DNA of 64,000 nucleotides from Pristiophorus japonicus (Eukaryota). The notes under the pieces are model-generated. The model did not search any database, was not told the DNA's origin, and was given only the letters and a program-made list of their open reading frames with translations. Made by a program: the position numbers and the translations under genes. Positions 22,745 to 36,769 of the stretch are shown piece after piece. Each line of letters begins with the position of its first letter. Positions within the stretch are counted from its first letter, which is position 1. The stretch spans positions 10,788,001 through 10,852,000 of the forward strand of contig NC_091999.1 of assembly GCF_044704955.1 (NCBI RefSeq), given 5' to 3'.

Positions 22745-25700
22745 AACATAGAAACATAGAAAATAGGTGCAGGAGCAGACTATTCGGCCCTTCGAGCCTA
22801 CACCGCCTTTCAATATGATCATGGCTGATCATTCAGCCACTGTACCCCACCCCAGCCTTCTCTCCATATGCCCTGATCCATTTAGCCGTAAGGATCTAAT
22901 TCCCTTTTGAATAGGTCCAATGAACTGGACTCAACAAACTACTGTGGCAGAGAATTACACAGGTTCACAACTCTTTCGATTAAACAGTTTCTCCTCATCT
23001 CGTCCTATGTGACTTACCCCTTATCCTTAGACTGTGTGCACTGGTGCTGGACTTCCCGAACATCTGGAACATTCTTCCTGCATCTAACCTGTCCAGTTCC
23101 GTCAGAATTTTTATGTTTATAAATTCCATTAAGTATAAGCCTAGCCGATCCAATCTTTCCTCATATGTTAGCCATCCCGGGAATCAGTTTGGTTAATCTT
23201 CGCTGCACTCCCTCAAAGGCAAGCACGTTCTTCCTCAGATTAGGAGACCAAAACTGCACACAATACTCAAGGTGTGGCCCCACCAATGTCCTGTACAACT
23301 GCAGTAAGACCTCCCTGCTCTTATACTCAAATCCTCTCGCTATGAAGGCCAGTATGCCATTTTCTTTCTTCACCGCCTGCTGTACCTGCATGCCTACCTT
23401 CAATGACTGAAGTACCATGACACCCAGGTCTAGTTGCATCTCCCCTTTTACTAATCTGTCACCATTCAGATAATAATCTGCCTTCCATTTTTTGCCAGCA
23501 AAGTGCATAACCTCACATTTATCCGCATTATACTGCATCCACCATGCATTTGCCCAATAACCTAACGTGACCAAATGCCCCTGCAGCTTCTTAGCATTCT
23601 CCTCGCAGCTCGCATTGCCACTCAGCTTAGTTTCATCTGCAAACGTGGAGATATTACATTCAATTCCTTCGTGCAGTTCATTAATGCATTTTGTAATTGC
23701 TGGGCTCCCATCACTGAAACCTGCGGCCCCCCACTAGGCACTGCCTGCCATTCTGGCAAGGACCTCTTTATTCCCATTCTTTGCTTCCTGTCTGCCAACC
23801 ATTTCTGTATCCACGTCAATACATTATCACCAATACCATGTGCCTTAATTTTGCACACTACTCTCTTGTGTGGGGCTTTGTCAAAAACCTTTTGAAATTC
23901 CAAATACACCACATTTACTGGTTCTCCCTTATCTACTCAACTAGTTACATCCTCAAAAAACTCTACAAAATTTGTCAAGCATGTTTTCCCTTTCATAAAT
24001 CCATGCTGTCTTGGACAAATCCTTTCACTGCTTTCCAAATTCGCTGCTATTACATCTTTAATTATTTACTCCAGCATTTTCCCCACCACCGATGTCATGT
24101 TATCTGGTCTATAATTCCCTATTTTCTCTCTCCCTCCTTTTTTAAAAAGTGAGGTTACATTAGCTACCCTGCAATCCATTGGAACTGATCCAGACTCCTT
24201 GTAATATTGCAAAATGCATTTACTATTTCTAGGACAACTTCCTTAAGTGCTCTGATGCACACTATCAGGCCCCGGGGAATTTATCGCCCTTCTGTCCCTT
24301 CAATTTCCCTAACTCCATTTCCTGTATGGTAAAGATTTCCCTCAGTTCCCCCCTCTCGCTAGACCCTCGGTCCCCTAGTATTTTCAGGGCATTATTCGTT
24401 CTTTCATTAGTGAAGACAGAAACAATGTAATTGTTTAATTGGTCTGCCATTTCCTTCTTCCCCATTATGAAGTCAGGTGATTCTGACCGCAAGGGACCCT
24501 CATTAGTCTTTACTAAACTTTTTCTCTTCACATATCTTTTGACGCTTTTGCAGTCAATTTTATGTTCAGTGCAAGCTTACACTATTTTCCCCCTCCGAAT
24601 TAAACCGTTAGTCCTCCTCTGCTGAATTGTAAATTTTTACCAGTCCTCAGGTTTGCTGCTTGTTCTGGCCAATTTATATGCCTCTTCCTTGCATTTAACA
24701 CTTTCCCTAATTTCCCTTGTTAGCAACGTTTGAGTCACCTTCCCCGTTTTATTTTTACTCCAGACATAGAAGTAAAATTGTTGTAGTTCTTCCATGTGAT
24801 CTTTAAATGCCGGCCATTGCCTATCCAGCTTTAAATATCATTCGTCAGTCTATCGTAGCCAATTCACGTCTCATACCATCGAAGTTTCCATTCTTTAATT
24901 TCAGGACACTATTCTCTGAATTAATTGTGTCAGTCTCCAACTTAATGAAGAATTCTACCATTTTATGGGCACTCTTCCCCAAGGGCCCTTGCACGATCAA
25001 ATTGTTAATTAATCCTCTCTCGTTACACAAGACCAGTCCAGATGGCCTGCTCGCTGGTTGGTTCCTCAACATAATCGTCTAGAAAACCATGTCTTATACA
25101 CTCCAAGAACTCCTCCTCCACAATATTGCTCCCAGTTTCGTTACCCCAAGATTAAGGTCACCCATGATAGCTGCTGTATCCTTATTGCACACGTCCCAAA
25201 TTTCCTGTTCCATGCTGACCCCAATCTCCCTTCTACTGTTTGGTTGTCTGTACACAACTTCCACGAACGTTTTCTGCCATTTGGTATTTCGCAGCTCTAC
25301 CCATATAGATTCCACATCATCCCTGCTAATGTCCTTCCTTACTATTGCGTTAATTTCATCTTCAACCAGTAACGCTACCCGCCCCCCACTCCTTTTCCTT
25401 CTTGTCCATCCTTCCTGAATATTGAATACCCCTGGATGTTGAGTTCCCAACCTTATTTACCTTAGAGCCATGTCTCCGTAACCCCAATTACATCATATCC
25501 GTTAACAGCTATCTACGTAGTTAATTCATCCACCTCATTACGAATGCTCCTCGCATTGAGACTCAGAGCCTTCAGGCTTGTTTTTTTAACACTCTTTGTC
25601 CTTTTAGAATTATGTTGTAATCTGGCCATTTATGCTTTTTGACCTTGATTTGATTGCTTTCCACTCTTGTTTTTCTCCTTATCTTTTGCTTCTGCCCGCT

Positions 25701-26155
25701 TTTGACTTCCCTCTGCCTCCCTGCATTAATTCCCATCCCCCTGCCATTTTAGTTTAACCCTCCCCAACAGCACTATCAAACATTCCACCGAGAACATCGG
25801 TTCCAGTCCTGCCCAGGTGCAGACCGTCAGGTTTGTACTGGTCCCACCTCCCCCAGAACTGGTTCCAATGTCGCAGGAATTTGAATACCTCACCGTTGCA
25901 TCCTTCCTCAAGCCACATATTCTTCTGAGCTATCCTGCGATTTCTACTCTGACCAGCACATGGCACTGTTAGCAATCCTGAGATTACTTCCTTTGAGGTC
26001 ATACTATTAAATTTATCTCCTAGCTCCCAAGATTCAGCGCATCCCGTTTGTTATCTATATGGTTGGCACCAAAATGCACCACGACAGCTGGCTGTTCACC
26101 CTCCCCTCCAGAATGCGCTGCATCCGCTCCGAGACATCCTTGACCCTTGCACCAT
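22745..26155 (-). mobile_element. CR1 LINE with ORF2 (EN+RT) and partial ORF1 (SGNH esterase-like), degenerate
   Basis: YLEFQKVFDKAPH; ESIWVELRN..IMGDLN; ORF1 DGLHLGRTGT and VVVHFGANHI. Confidence 0.93.
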
Positions 26156-26426
26156 ATTGAGAGCGCGGCAGAGATAGAATGCATGTAAAAGACACAGAGA
26201 AGGAGACCGAGAAGGTGGTGGGGAGAGAGATCCTGCAGCAATTGGTCACAACTAACATTCATTGGTGCAAAGCTGAATACAGTTGTAAGAGACCAGACAA
26301 GCCTTTCCGTGGGAAACACCACTCAGTTTGTCAATAAGTGAAGCCGTCCTGATTTGGGTTTAATCTTTAATATCGCACATATTTAGAACATTCTATTATT
26401 TTTTGTCGGATTCTAAACCAGACACC

Positions 26427-26861
26427 ATGTACTCCCCATGTCCTTATTGATAATAATGGCCGTACTGCCCGGTGAGTCTATGTTTAAATGACCAGTGTAT
26501 GTTTCATGCTTTAAATTCACTCCCAGACTTAGGACGCATTCTGTATTTTGTAACAGGAATGAATGGCGAAGATTCAGTGTCCCAGGATCCGTCAGAATTA
26601 ACGGTTCAGGAAGGACAGGCCATAATACTCAACTGCAGTTACTCCACATCCGAACCTATCCTTACCTCTTCTGGTATATCATCATCCCGGGAAAACTCCG
26701 AGATATTTACTGAAGAGATACGGCAAGCGGCAGCGGGATCAGTCTCCAGATCTTCCAGACCGGATCTGTGATGATTGGGACCAAGACAAGAAATCGGTTT
26801 CATTAAATGTCTCCGGGTCTTTCCTCTCTGAATCCGCCGTATATTAATGTGTGCTGCGCCT
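26427..26861 (+). pseudogene. TCR V pseudogene (V9): leader about 26427-26471, V exon 26557-26861
   Basis: MSLLIIMAVLP/GTGAGT; EDSVSQDPSELTVQEGQAIILNCSYST..YPYLFWY..SESAVY*CVLR with frameshifts. RSS CACACTG-23-ACAAAAAAA at 26862-26900. Confidence 0.9.
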
Positions 26862-27522
26862 CACACTGTTACAGAGATACAGTCAGCTCAAACAAAAAAA
26901 CAGGAATAGATTATACTCTCAATTAATCAGATCTGTGACCGAGATTGTGAACTAACAATGAGACTTAAACCAAAATATTCAGACTAGTTTCGTCAAATGA
27001 CGAATCTCTCTGCTGTAGACTCTGTGAAATTCTATGTAAGCTGCTTCTAATGGTGAGTGAGCAGCTCTTTTAAATGGAATATCCGGCACTGATACCAGAA
27101 TAATATTAACTGTATCCCTTCACTGCCTCCACGACACATACTGACCTCGTTAAAAGGCAATATTGGGTTTAATTACCTGTTAAAGGATCAACATTGGCTT
27201 TAATCCCAGGCACTTCTCTGTTGTAAATATTTTTTCACTGCTTTCCCTGCTGACGCTTTGCAGATCAAATGAGCTGTGAGCTGATTTGATGAATTGGAGA
27301 ACAAAGCACAGTGAGCAGATTGGTTGACTTGGGGAACAAAGGGCTGTAAGATGATTGGATAAATTGGAGAACGGAGAACAAGTGAGTTGATTGGATATCA
27401 CCTGCGAACTTTGTCAAGAACGATCCAATCAGCAGAGAGGCCGGATATTCGTCAACCTCTGCCGACTCTTGACGAAAAACAATTTCAGGTTCAACCCGTT
27501 CTGTTGAAATCCGCAATCCAGC

Positions 27523-28426
27523 ATGTTGGATGTTACTTTTTATTTGTTCGTCACATCTACAACTCTCTTAACTGGTAAGTTCACAATTTGCACAACACTG
27601 TGTTGCACATCTGCATTATCCATTATATTTAATCGGTCACTATCATGAAATGAAGAATATCAATAGATTGATCTAAAGTGAAGATGAACATTAGGATTCT
27701 CCTTGACTCACCGCTGAGAACTGTTTGGGAAAACTCTCCAAAATCTCCCAGTGAATGAAAGCGCTTGAGTTCCGATGAGATTACAGGCTAATGACAGGCA
27801 GATTCACCAGGCCCACCAGGGCCAATGACGGACTTTGACAGACATAGGGGTCTTAAACCCGTAGACCGTTTGGAGTTTTACATTCACATCACAAGATATG
27901 AAGGTGAGGAACTGATCCCGCTGAAGGTTCATTGAAGGAAAATTTATTCAGTTGATGCAAGCACCTTCCATTTGCAGCCTTTGAGGTGTGTGGAAATATA
28001 TTTCTGTTTAATTGCCCAGAGTTACTTCTCGGCAAGTGTTGGGGGTGACGGAATCATTATGGGTGATAGACACAATGAAGTGACACTGTTTAATTTATTA
28101 TCACTCTGGGCTCTTGCAGGACATTGTCGAGGAGACTCCGTTTCACAGACACCGGCTGTAACCAGAGTAAGTGAAGGAGACGATGTTCAGTTGCACTGTA
28201 ATTACACAGCTACAAGCGGGGGCACTCCTAACCTATTCTGGTATCGTCAGTATCCCAGCGGATCAGTAGAATATCTGCTGCAGATTAACAAATATACCGA
28301 GCAAAAAGAGAGACCTCCAGGGCACCGTTTTTCAGCGAAGCTGAATGATTTGAGACGAACCGTCCAACTGAATATGTCTGAAACACAACTGACAGACTCC
28401 GCGGTGTATTATTGTGCACTGAGTCC
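27523..28426 (+). CDS. Functional-looking TCR alpha/delta V segment (V10): leader 27523-27574, V exon 28120-28426
   Basis: MLDVTFYLFVTSTTLLT-GHCRGDSVSQTPAVTRVSEGDDVQLHCNYTATSGGTPNLFWYRQYP...RF...DSAVYYCALSP. GTAAGT and TTGCAG splice sites. Confidence 0.92.
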
Positions 28427-28465
28427 CACAGAGACACGGTGCAGGGCTGATCCTGTACAACAACT
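28427..28465 (+). promoter_or_regulatory. 23-RSS of V10
   Basis: CACAGAG-23 bp-ACAACAACT. Confidence 0.85.
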
Positions 28466-28629
28466 GTCAGAGCGTCGCTCAACATATCAGCGCATCGGGG
28501 TAACATTGTGATCAGGGGCGAGTCTGAGATTGGCACTGTATTTTTGATCAGATATGTTACTATTAATTTTCACCTGTAGTCACGTTTACTCAAACAATAC
28601 AGCCTATTGGCACACAAGTGAAAGGGAAG

Positions 28630-29035
28630 GCAAGAAAGCAAGAAGAAAGACATTGCATTAATACAACATCTTTCATGACCTCGGGACGCCGAAAGCCTTT
28701 TACAATGATTCCACTCCATTTTAATAGTGCAGTCACTGTTGTAATGTCGGAAACATGGCAGCCAATTCGGCGCATAGCAAGATCACACAAACAGCAATAT
28801 GTTTATGATAGTCTGGTTTTAGTGATGTTGATTAAGGGATAAATATTGGACAGGACACAGGGGAGTACTCCTCTGCCCTTTTTCGAAATAGTAGCTTTGG
28901 GTTATTTTACAAATACCTGAGAGAGCAGACGGCATTAACATCTCATGCGAAATTATTCTGTATTCCCGGACTTCTGCATTGAAGTATCAGCCTAGATGAT
29001 GTGCTCAAGTCTCTGTACTGAGCCGTGAACCCTCA
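28630..29035 (-). mobile_element. SINE (degenerate)
   Basis: Similar to the 48985-49442 copy; T-rich tail on the minus strand. Confidence 0.6.
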
Positions 29036-29745
29036 ACAGCTAACACCAAACACTTGCAGATTCGACCTTGTTTAGTAACTCTAGCACATCGATATCTTTA
29101 TTAATAATAAATATTATACATATATGTATATAATATATATATACAGAGATGCAGATCGATAGGCGAAATTACATTATAGAGGGAACTGGCTGATAACTGA
29201 TACAGAGATGTAAAACGGCCTCTAAGGGCCTCGGTTCCTGTCAATGAACAGGGCGACAAGTTAGTATCAGGGTTACCTCAATGCAACTACACATAGAAAG
29301 GAATCACTGGAATCGGGAAATGCAAACATGAATGTTAAAGGAGAATGAAGCTAATGCTCTCGATGAGTCGTCACAGGCCAGCATAAAATAAACCAACACT
29401 CAATAAAGTCATTGGCTCAGGTCTGGTGAATATAATCACACAATTTAGCAATGCTCAAGTTTTCCCCACAATAAAGTCTGCACTCATTGAGCGACTGGCT
29501 CCACAGGTCGATTCTTGAGGCTGTGACTGACAATATCTCTGATCAAATCAACTATGAACTGGGAATGATAGAGACAAGCCTTACGGTAACACTGCCTGTG
29601 GCAGCCCCGCACACAGCTTCCGTTTGCTGCTCTCGTTGTGACCCGCCTTGCCTGACCTGTGTTTTTGGAGAGATTGCTGCAGCTGTTACGGAACTGTAAA
29701 CAGGATGGAGATTTTTGTAAAGTGACTGCTGCATTTCCTCTCAGT

Positions 29746-30147
29746 ATCGCATAATAATACATAGCGGTATTCGAGCTCTCCGAGCTCTCAATGACCAATT
29801 GGCAGCGTTTGTCACCAGTGGAAAGATCCAATTCAATCGGGCTGTGCTTTCTTTGCCATGCGATGCTCGCATTTTTACCCACTCGATTCGCTGACTAGAT
29901 TTCTGTTTGTACAAGTGCATGGCATAAATGCTGGACATGTCATAGCTGCAGTTTATCAACACTGATTCACCCCTTCAGAATGTTATCGCAGCGGGAGAAT
30001 GCAGCAATTGGTCCGAGAGACATCGACCTGTAAAAATAGTCAGATCATAAAAAACTGGAGCAAAGCAAATAAAAACACTGTGGGTTATTGACCTCAGTTC
30101 CTGTACCTACTTGTTAGGAGCAGCAGAATAACGAGTAATAGCTTCAC
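29746..30147 (-). pseudogene. V1 paralogue (V1'), pseudogene with destroyed heptamer
   Basis: W to L in FR2, C to Y at YYC, frameshift, and a 10-bp deletion across the heptamer/coding border. Confidence 0.9.
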
Positions 30148-30249
30148 TTGTACCGAGTAATACATCGTTGGGAATATAATGTGAAGAATAACGCGGCTCA
30201 AAGCTCGACTCAGAAGACTCCGAACCGAATCAGAGAATTGCAGGTATCC

Positions 30250-32407
30250 CAGTCATGAAAGTGAGACAAGGGTTACAGCAATGGAAGGCAGAAGGTCCTG
30301 AGTGGAAAAATCCCGTGAGTTGTCGCATAAAAGGAGCAGGACAACGTGGTGCCTGGATCAAGACCAGTCAGTTGATAGAGAACTGGGATTGACTGGGAAA
30401 GAATTGGAAAAGTTAAAAGAAAAATTGAAAAATGAGGAAAGAGAAGCTAGAGTCACAGTCAGGAATGATACCTCGGTTCAGTTGCTGAGGTTGGGGTAGA
30501 TTCCACAGGTGAGCGAGGATACTTATCGGGATGCCGCTCCTCGACTACACATGTCGTTTCTTTCGGACCCTTACTTCAGGATAGGGGTGGCCATGCCCTT
30601 ATCCAGGCATGTGTGGGTGCCAGCGGGTGGGCAACGGGTGATTGACACAGGATCTGTCAGACAAATGAAGGTAGAGGTGCTCCTGGAGGAAGGAGATTCC
30701 CATCTTCAGAAGCAGTGTGCCATCACCCCAGTTCTACAAAGAGCAGTTACTGAACAGTCGGAGATGAAAGCAGTGGGAGAAGCTTGTTCAGAAGCATTTA
30801 TGTTTGTGCAGTAAATGGCTGTCTCAGAACTGATGAGATGTTCAGTGAAAAGCTCAAATGTGGAAGTTTCAATCATGCTCTTAAAGGATGCGAAATAGAA
30901 GTTTGAGCGTTGCAAATGTCAAGAGAGGAAATTACAGAAGCTTCGAAGGGTGAACTGAGAGAAGGACTGGGACTATCGACTGACAATTCAGTATTTCGGT
31001 CATCCTTTACTCTGTGTTGTTACACTTCTCCCACAAAGCAGAGAAAATTGTTAAAAACTGTGCAGAGGGCAACAGACTTAGTCGAAGACACCGATTGCGT
31101 GTTTACATTTCTGAATGTAAACAGCATGGAATTCAGTCGAAAACATCAAAAATTGAAAGTTGACGTTTAATTGAAAATGGATATGGTGATCACAGACCAC
31201 CGGACTTTAAAATGGCAAACTGATAATTTGAATCTTCAGCAATCTTACTTTGACCCCAATCGTGCTGCTATTTGGAAGAAGGAAATGTGGAAATTGAGTA
31301 CAAGATTTCAACAGCTAAAGAGTTTGAATCAGGGAATCGTTGTGGACATTAACCATCACAGTACTCACATCGAGAACGTTCGCTCAACTTTGGACCAGCT
31401 TGGACATGTAAGCTGGTGGGAGTTATTGTTGGATGGCGCCCAATGCCAACAGGCGCAATGGACACAATGATACACCCTGACTTTATGCTGGTGCTGTTTC
31501 AGCTGATCGTGCTGGTCATCTTGATTTACTGCTGATGGTTTGTTGTGAAAAACAAGGACTACAACTGGACAATGCCTTTGACGAGCTCCAGCGACCAAGC
31601 AAATGTATGTTACCCAGATAAGACCTACAGAGACGCAAGGAGAAGAAGTGGGGGAATGTGAGATCGCAGTCCGGCATTTCTGAATTCTTTGCTTCAGCAC
31701 GCGGTCTGAAGTTTGGAGCAAAAAACAAGAAGATTGGAAGTTTGGATTGAAAAAAGACTATTAGACAATGTGGTGCATTCCAGGCAGTGAGATGAGTGAC
31801 TGGTCATGGTATGTGTGTTAAATATTTGAGCACCTTGTTACGGTGCGAATAATGGAAACTCATGACTAATGGATTTGTTGAAGTCTGTATGTTATATTTG
31901 AGTTAACTGTTTTACTATGCGAGGAAACGATTCTCTATGTTCTGTAGTTTATTATAACTTTTTAAATATTTAATGACATCTGCAAGAGAAACAAGCAATG
32001 TTAAGTATGTGAGTACTTTGTTACGATGGGAATAATAGTGTGTATGATAAACGATTCAGAAAGCTGTTAGTCTTGATTGTCTAAATGCAAAGAAAAATAA
32101 TTCAAAGGCTTTTTAGATATAAAAGATTGAACCGGCTTTTGTCACACAGACACATGAATTGTAGAGACTCTTATAGACTGCAGAGGCACTTATGGAATGT
32201 AGAGACACTTGGACTCGAGAGACACTGGAATCTTGAAAGTTGTGTAATTCTGGAAGATCTGCCTTTGCAAGTAGAGTTGTTGGCCAGTGAATATCTGAAT
32301 GTTTAAATAAAGATCCGGCATTCAATGGAATTGAGTGTGTGCGGGTAATTCGACATTAAAAGCAATGGAAGGGAAAAGAGTAAGACCGCTGTTTACAACA
32401 CCCCACA
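30250..32407 (+). mobile_element. Duplicate of the LTR/ERV relic (LTR 31657-32407)
   Basis: Colinear with 780-2921. Confidence 0.6.
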
Positions 32408-33599
32408 GCAGTAACAGCTAATATCCAGCCTTAACTTTTGAAGTCGGGCTATCGAGCTCTGTTATAATTAAAGGGTTAAGAATGGATCTTCGAACGAAAA
32501 CGAGCTGACATCGGCTTTTGTCGTGGTCAACTTCCTAAAGGTGTTTAAAGGGAAATAACATATCATAATGATTAACTGTTACAAACTGTGTAAACTGAGG
32601 ATAATTTCAGGAGGCCAAACTGTTGACCCACCGGAAGCCCAGAGGGGCAGCTAAACAAGGCAAGGGGTCAAAAGTGCCAAAAAGGAAAAACGCCATCTGG
32701 TCAAGGCAAGAAAGATAAGAAAACATTCCAATGTACTATTGAACTTTTAGGATACAGTGAGGTTTCTGGAAAAGTATTGGAGATATGCGTGGTCAGGATT
32801 GTATCTTTACTTTGAGTGACCCGGGTGTTGAACATTTAAATCGATGTATGTCTCATGTATTGAATGCCCGGCCATTATGGGCCGAGAAACTGTAGAAAAA
32901 ACCTATGTTTTCTTTGTTCAGGGAGAGCAATTGAGCACAGCTCAGCAACAGGTTGACTGCAGACATGGCTTCACTTGCAAGCAAATTAAAGGCTGCTTGA
33001 ATCTTCCAATCCCGATCTGGTGTTGAGTGTTAATCTTAAATACTACATTACACTTTACAGAGCAGACAGCAGCAATGGGGCTACTGTGCGGGAGCTGTGC
33101 TCCCTGCTGGCAGCAGCAGAATAATTACGCTTCTCTGGGAGGCATTTCTGACACCCGTGCTGGATTACCGTCTCTGTACTTTTAGGAGAATGCTTCCACT
33201 ATAGAAAGGGGAAGAAAGGAACATATTGTCTGGTTATTATCACCTGAAATTTGACGAATTGTTATTAGTTTGGTTTATTCTGAGGTCGATTCATTGCCGA
33301 TATTTCTGTTATCTTTACTGTCAGGACGCTGTTAACTGTGACTCCAATGACCAATTCCTCACAGTCAGTTAACGAGTGAACTAACAATGATTAATAAGAA
33401 CACTCCCTGTAATTTAAACAGCGTTTGAAGCACCGTCCCCTTCTGTGGTTTGCATTTAAAATGCTGATCAAATTCTATCTGAAGAGTCCTGATCTGTATA
33501 ACGGTAATGACTTATTTAAAGGTCCATAAACTTCAGAACTTTGAATTGTCATGACAAGAATGGAGTGAACAACCGAGCGGAGCTTTTCAGCAAATTAAC

Positions 33600-34335
33600 G
33601 TAAATCTGATAAAGCTGTAGCATGACTTCTTTGCTTTTGTATTCCACCCCCTTGCAGTAAAGGCCAACATTCCATTTTCCTTCCTGATTCTCTGCTGTAC
33701 CTGCATACTAACTTTTTGTGTTTCATGCACAAGGACCCCTAGGTCCCGCTGTACTGATTTGAATCCTTGTGCATGAAACACAAACGTTAGTTTGCAGGTA
33801 CAGTAATTAATTAGGAAGTCAAATGGAATGTTGGCTTTTCATTCAAGGGGAATCGAGTATAAAAGCAGGGAAGTCCTGCTACAAATGTACAGGGTCTTGG
33901 TGAGGCCACACCGGCGTACTGCGTACAGTTTTGGTCTCCTTATTCATGGAAGGATATATTTGGATTGGAGGCAATACAAAGAAGTTTGACTAGATTGATT
34001 CTGGCGATTAGGGTGTTCACTTCTGAAGAAAGGATGAGCTGGTTGTTCCTATACTCATTAGAGTTTAGAAGAATGAGATGTGATTTTATTGCAGAGGGTT
34101 GTACATCTGTGGAATTCTCTGCCCCGGAGAGCTGTTGATGCATGGTCATTAATCATATTTAAGATGGAGATAGACAGAATTTTGAACGATAAAGGAGTGA
34201 AAGCTTATGGTGAGCGGGCAGTGATGTCGATTTGAGCCCATGATCAGATCAGCCATGATGTTAGGACATTGGTGGAGCAGGCTCAAAGGGCCAAATGGCC
34301 TACTCCTGATTCAAATTCTTATGTTCTTAAGTAAA
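33600..34335. mobile_element. Duplicate fold-back CR1 fragment
   Basis: Colinear with 4110-4845. Confidence 0.8.
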
Positions 34336-34784
34336 GAATCTGTGCGCCTCCAGAACTTTCGGATCGTTTGTAGATTATTTTCTATTTCTCACTGTCTTTC
34401 AGCCATTGGTTTTAATCCTCCTAAGTAATGAAGATGACGGCAAGTATTGATTAATTTAATAATCTGAAATTCATCAACTATAACACTAACGGAGCACTTA
34501 GAGAGGCAGAGTTATATAATTTTCCAAAGGGATCATTATTATTGAATTCTGACCTCTCAAGTGGATCCGACATGTGACAACACTGCCCGTGGCAGGCCCG
34601 CCCACAGCTTCCGTTTGCTGCTCTCGCTCTGACCGGCCTTGCCTGCCCTGTGTTATTGGAGAGATTGTTGCCGCTGTTCCCTGTTTGACATTTGTTGGGT
34701 GAGCAGTGCAGTGGAGCTGGGATTAGTATTTCTGCTCCGACAGAGGATTTCTTGGTCTGCAGTGTTATATACTCAGGGACCATC

Positions 34785-35260
34785 ATGCTGGACTCCTCAG
34801 CATAATATCACTTCTCAGTAAGCTTTTCTTTCCCAGTTATAGTCCATTCTCCCCCTGACTGCTGTAATCCAGGTGTTGATTGTTGTAAAATTATGACGCT
34901 GATGATGGTGACTATTACAATTATTTGTGTTAGGATTGAGCCACCATTACACAGTGGAACAGCCGATCGGTGCGATGACGGTTGAAGAGGAAAGTGATGC
35001 CACACTAATCTGCACTTTGAAAACAAGAGATACGAAGCTTACATCAGTAATATAATGCGGATGCTGGAATCCAAAATCTCAGCGGGCAGGCAGCATCTAT
35101 GGAGAGAAACAGATTTAATGTCTCGGGTCTATTAACCTTCGTCAAAATTGGAAAATGTCAGGATGAAACCGATCCTAAACCTTATGAGTTCTCGTACATT
35201 CAGTACCTCGGGCAGCCTCCACAGTATTTGTTTTATTTCCATGGAGGGATAGTCTTGAAC
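34785..35260 (+). pseudogene. V2 paralogue (V2'), truncated pseudogene
   Basis: Leader with a deletion, the same internal insertion and the same L2 truncation as V2. Confidence 0.8.
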
Positions 35261-35279
35261 GTGTTGTCGCCTCCAAAAT

Positions 35280-36420
35280 TGGTGAAAATCTTTCCCGCAA
35301 CTCCTTATTTGAATCGATCCAATCAGGTTTCCACCCCTGCTGCCGTGCCAGAATAGCTCTCATCAAAGACAGTAATTATATCCTTTGTGACTGACCCTCC
35401 TCACCCTTCTTGACTTGTCTGCAACCTTTGATGCGGATGTTCACACTATCCATCTCCAACGCCTCTCCAAGTATGTCCAGCTGGGAGGGACTACAATCGC
35501 CGGGTTCCATTTTCATCTATTTCATGGTAGCCAGTGAATCACCAGCAATGGCTTCACTTCCCCCTCCCGCATCGTTACCTCTGGTGTCCTCCAAAGATTT
35601 ATCTTTGACCTTTCCTATTTCTCATCTACATTCTACCATTTAGCGACATTATCCAAAAGCATAGCGTCTCTTTCCACATATATGCTGACGATGCACAGGT
35701 ATAACTCATCGCCACTTCTCTCGACTCCTCCACAGTCTCTAACTTGTAAGACTGCTTGTCCGATATCCAGCAGTAGATGAGCAGAAATGTCTCCAATTGA
35801 ATATTGGCAAGAACAAAACCATTGTTTTCGGTCCCCGCCACAATCTGAGTTCGCTGGCCACTGACAGCTGCCGTCCCACCCCCACATTGTAGCCTACATA
35901 AACTTGAGTTCATCCAACCTGGCTTCCCATATCCTAACTCGCACCAAGTCCCGTTCGACCATCACCCCTGTGCTCGCTACCTACATTAGCTCCCGGTTAA
36001 GCAACGCCTGCATTTCAAAATTATCATCCTTGTTTTCAAATCCCTCCATGGCATCGCACCTCCATATCTATGTAATCCCCTCTGGCCCCACTTTCCCTTC
36101 GAAATTTCAGTGCTTCTCGACTTCTGCCCTCTTGATCCTTCTTGCAGATAATCGCTCAACCATTTGTGGCTGTGTCTTCAGTTGCCTAGGCCGTAAGCTC
36201 AGGAACTCCTTGCCTAAACGGAACAGTCCCTTTACCTCTTGTTCCTCCTTTAAAACAATCCTTAAAACGTACTTTTTGAACAAGCTTTTGGTCATCTGCC
36301 CGAATTACTCGTTAATTAACTCGGAATCAAATGCTTGTCTTATAACAGCAGCAAGAAACCCCTTGGAATATTTTACTACATTCATGGCGCTGTATAAATA
36401 CAAGTTGTTGTTGTTGTTGA
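35280..36420 (+). mobile_element. Duplicate L2 fragment
   Basis: YADDAQVY; (TTG)n tail. Confidence 0.8.
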
Positions 36421-36769
36421 TATCGCCGACAGTGCGAATTCCAATTAATGTTCAGCAGATGTCGCTATCATGCCGCTTAACAGAAGAAATAATTCAGCCT
36501 ACGCAGTGCTTCGCAAGGAACTTTTTGAAGGGCAACAAATCACACAAGACTCAATAAGACCAGGTGAGGTCCACTGGCAGAATTATATTAGTTGGTGATT
36601 TTAATTCACGTTAATAATAAAAGATAATAATGAGAGCTCAGTGACAAGTTTAAAATGGCAGCAGTTACATTAAGTAATCTGACAGTATATTGGATAGGTG
36701 GGAATCATGAGACAAACCTCCATCCTCTGCATGTGGCAGATAATTAAATTCGGCTTTTCTGTGGTTTCA

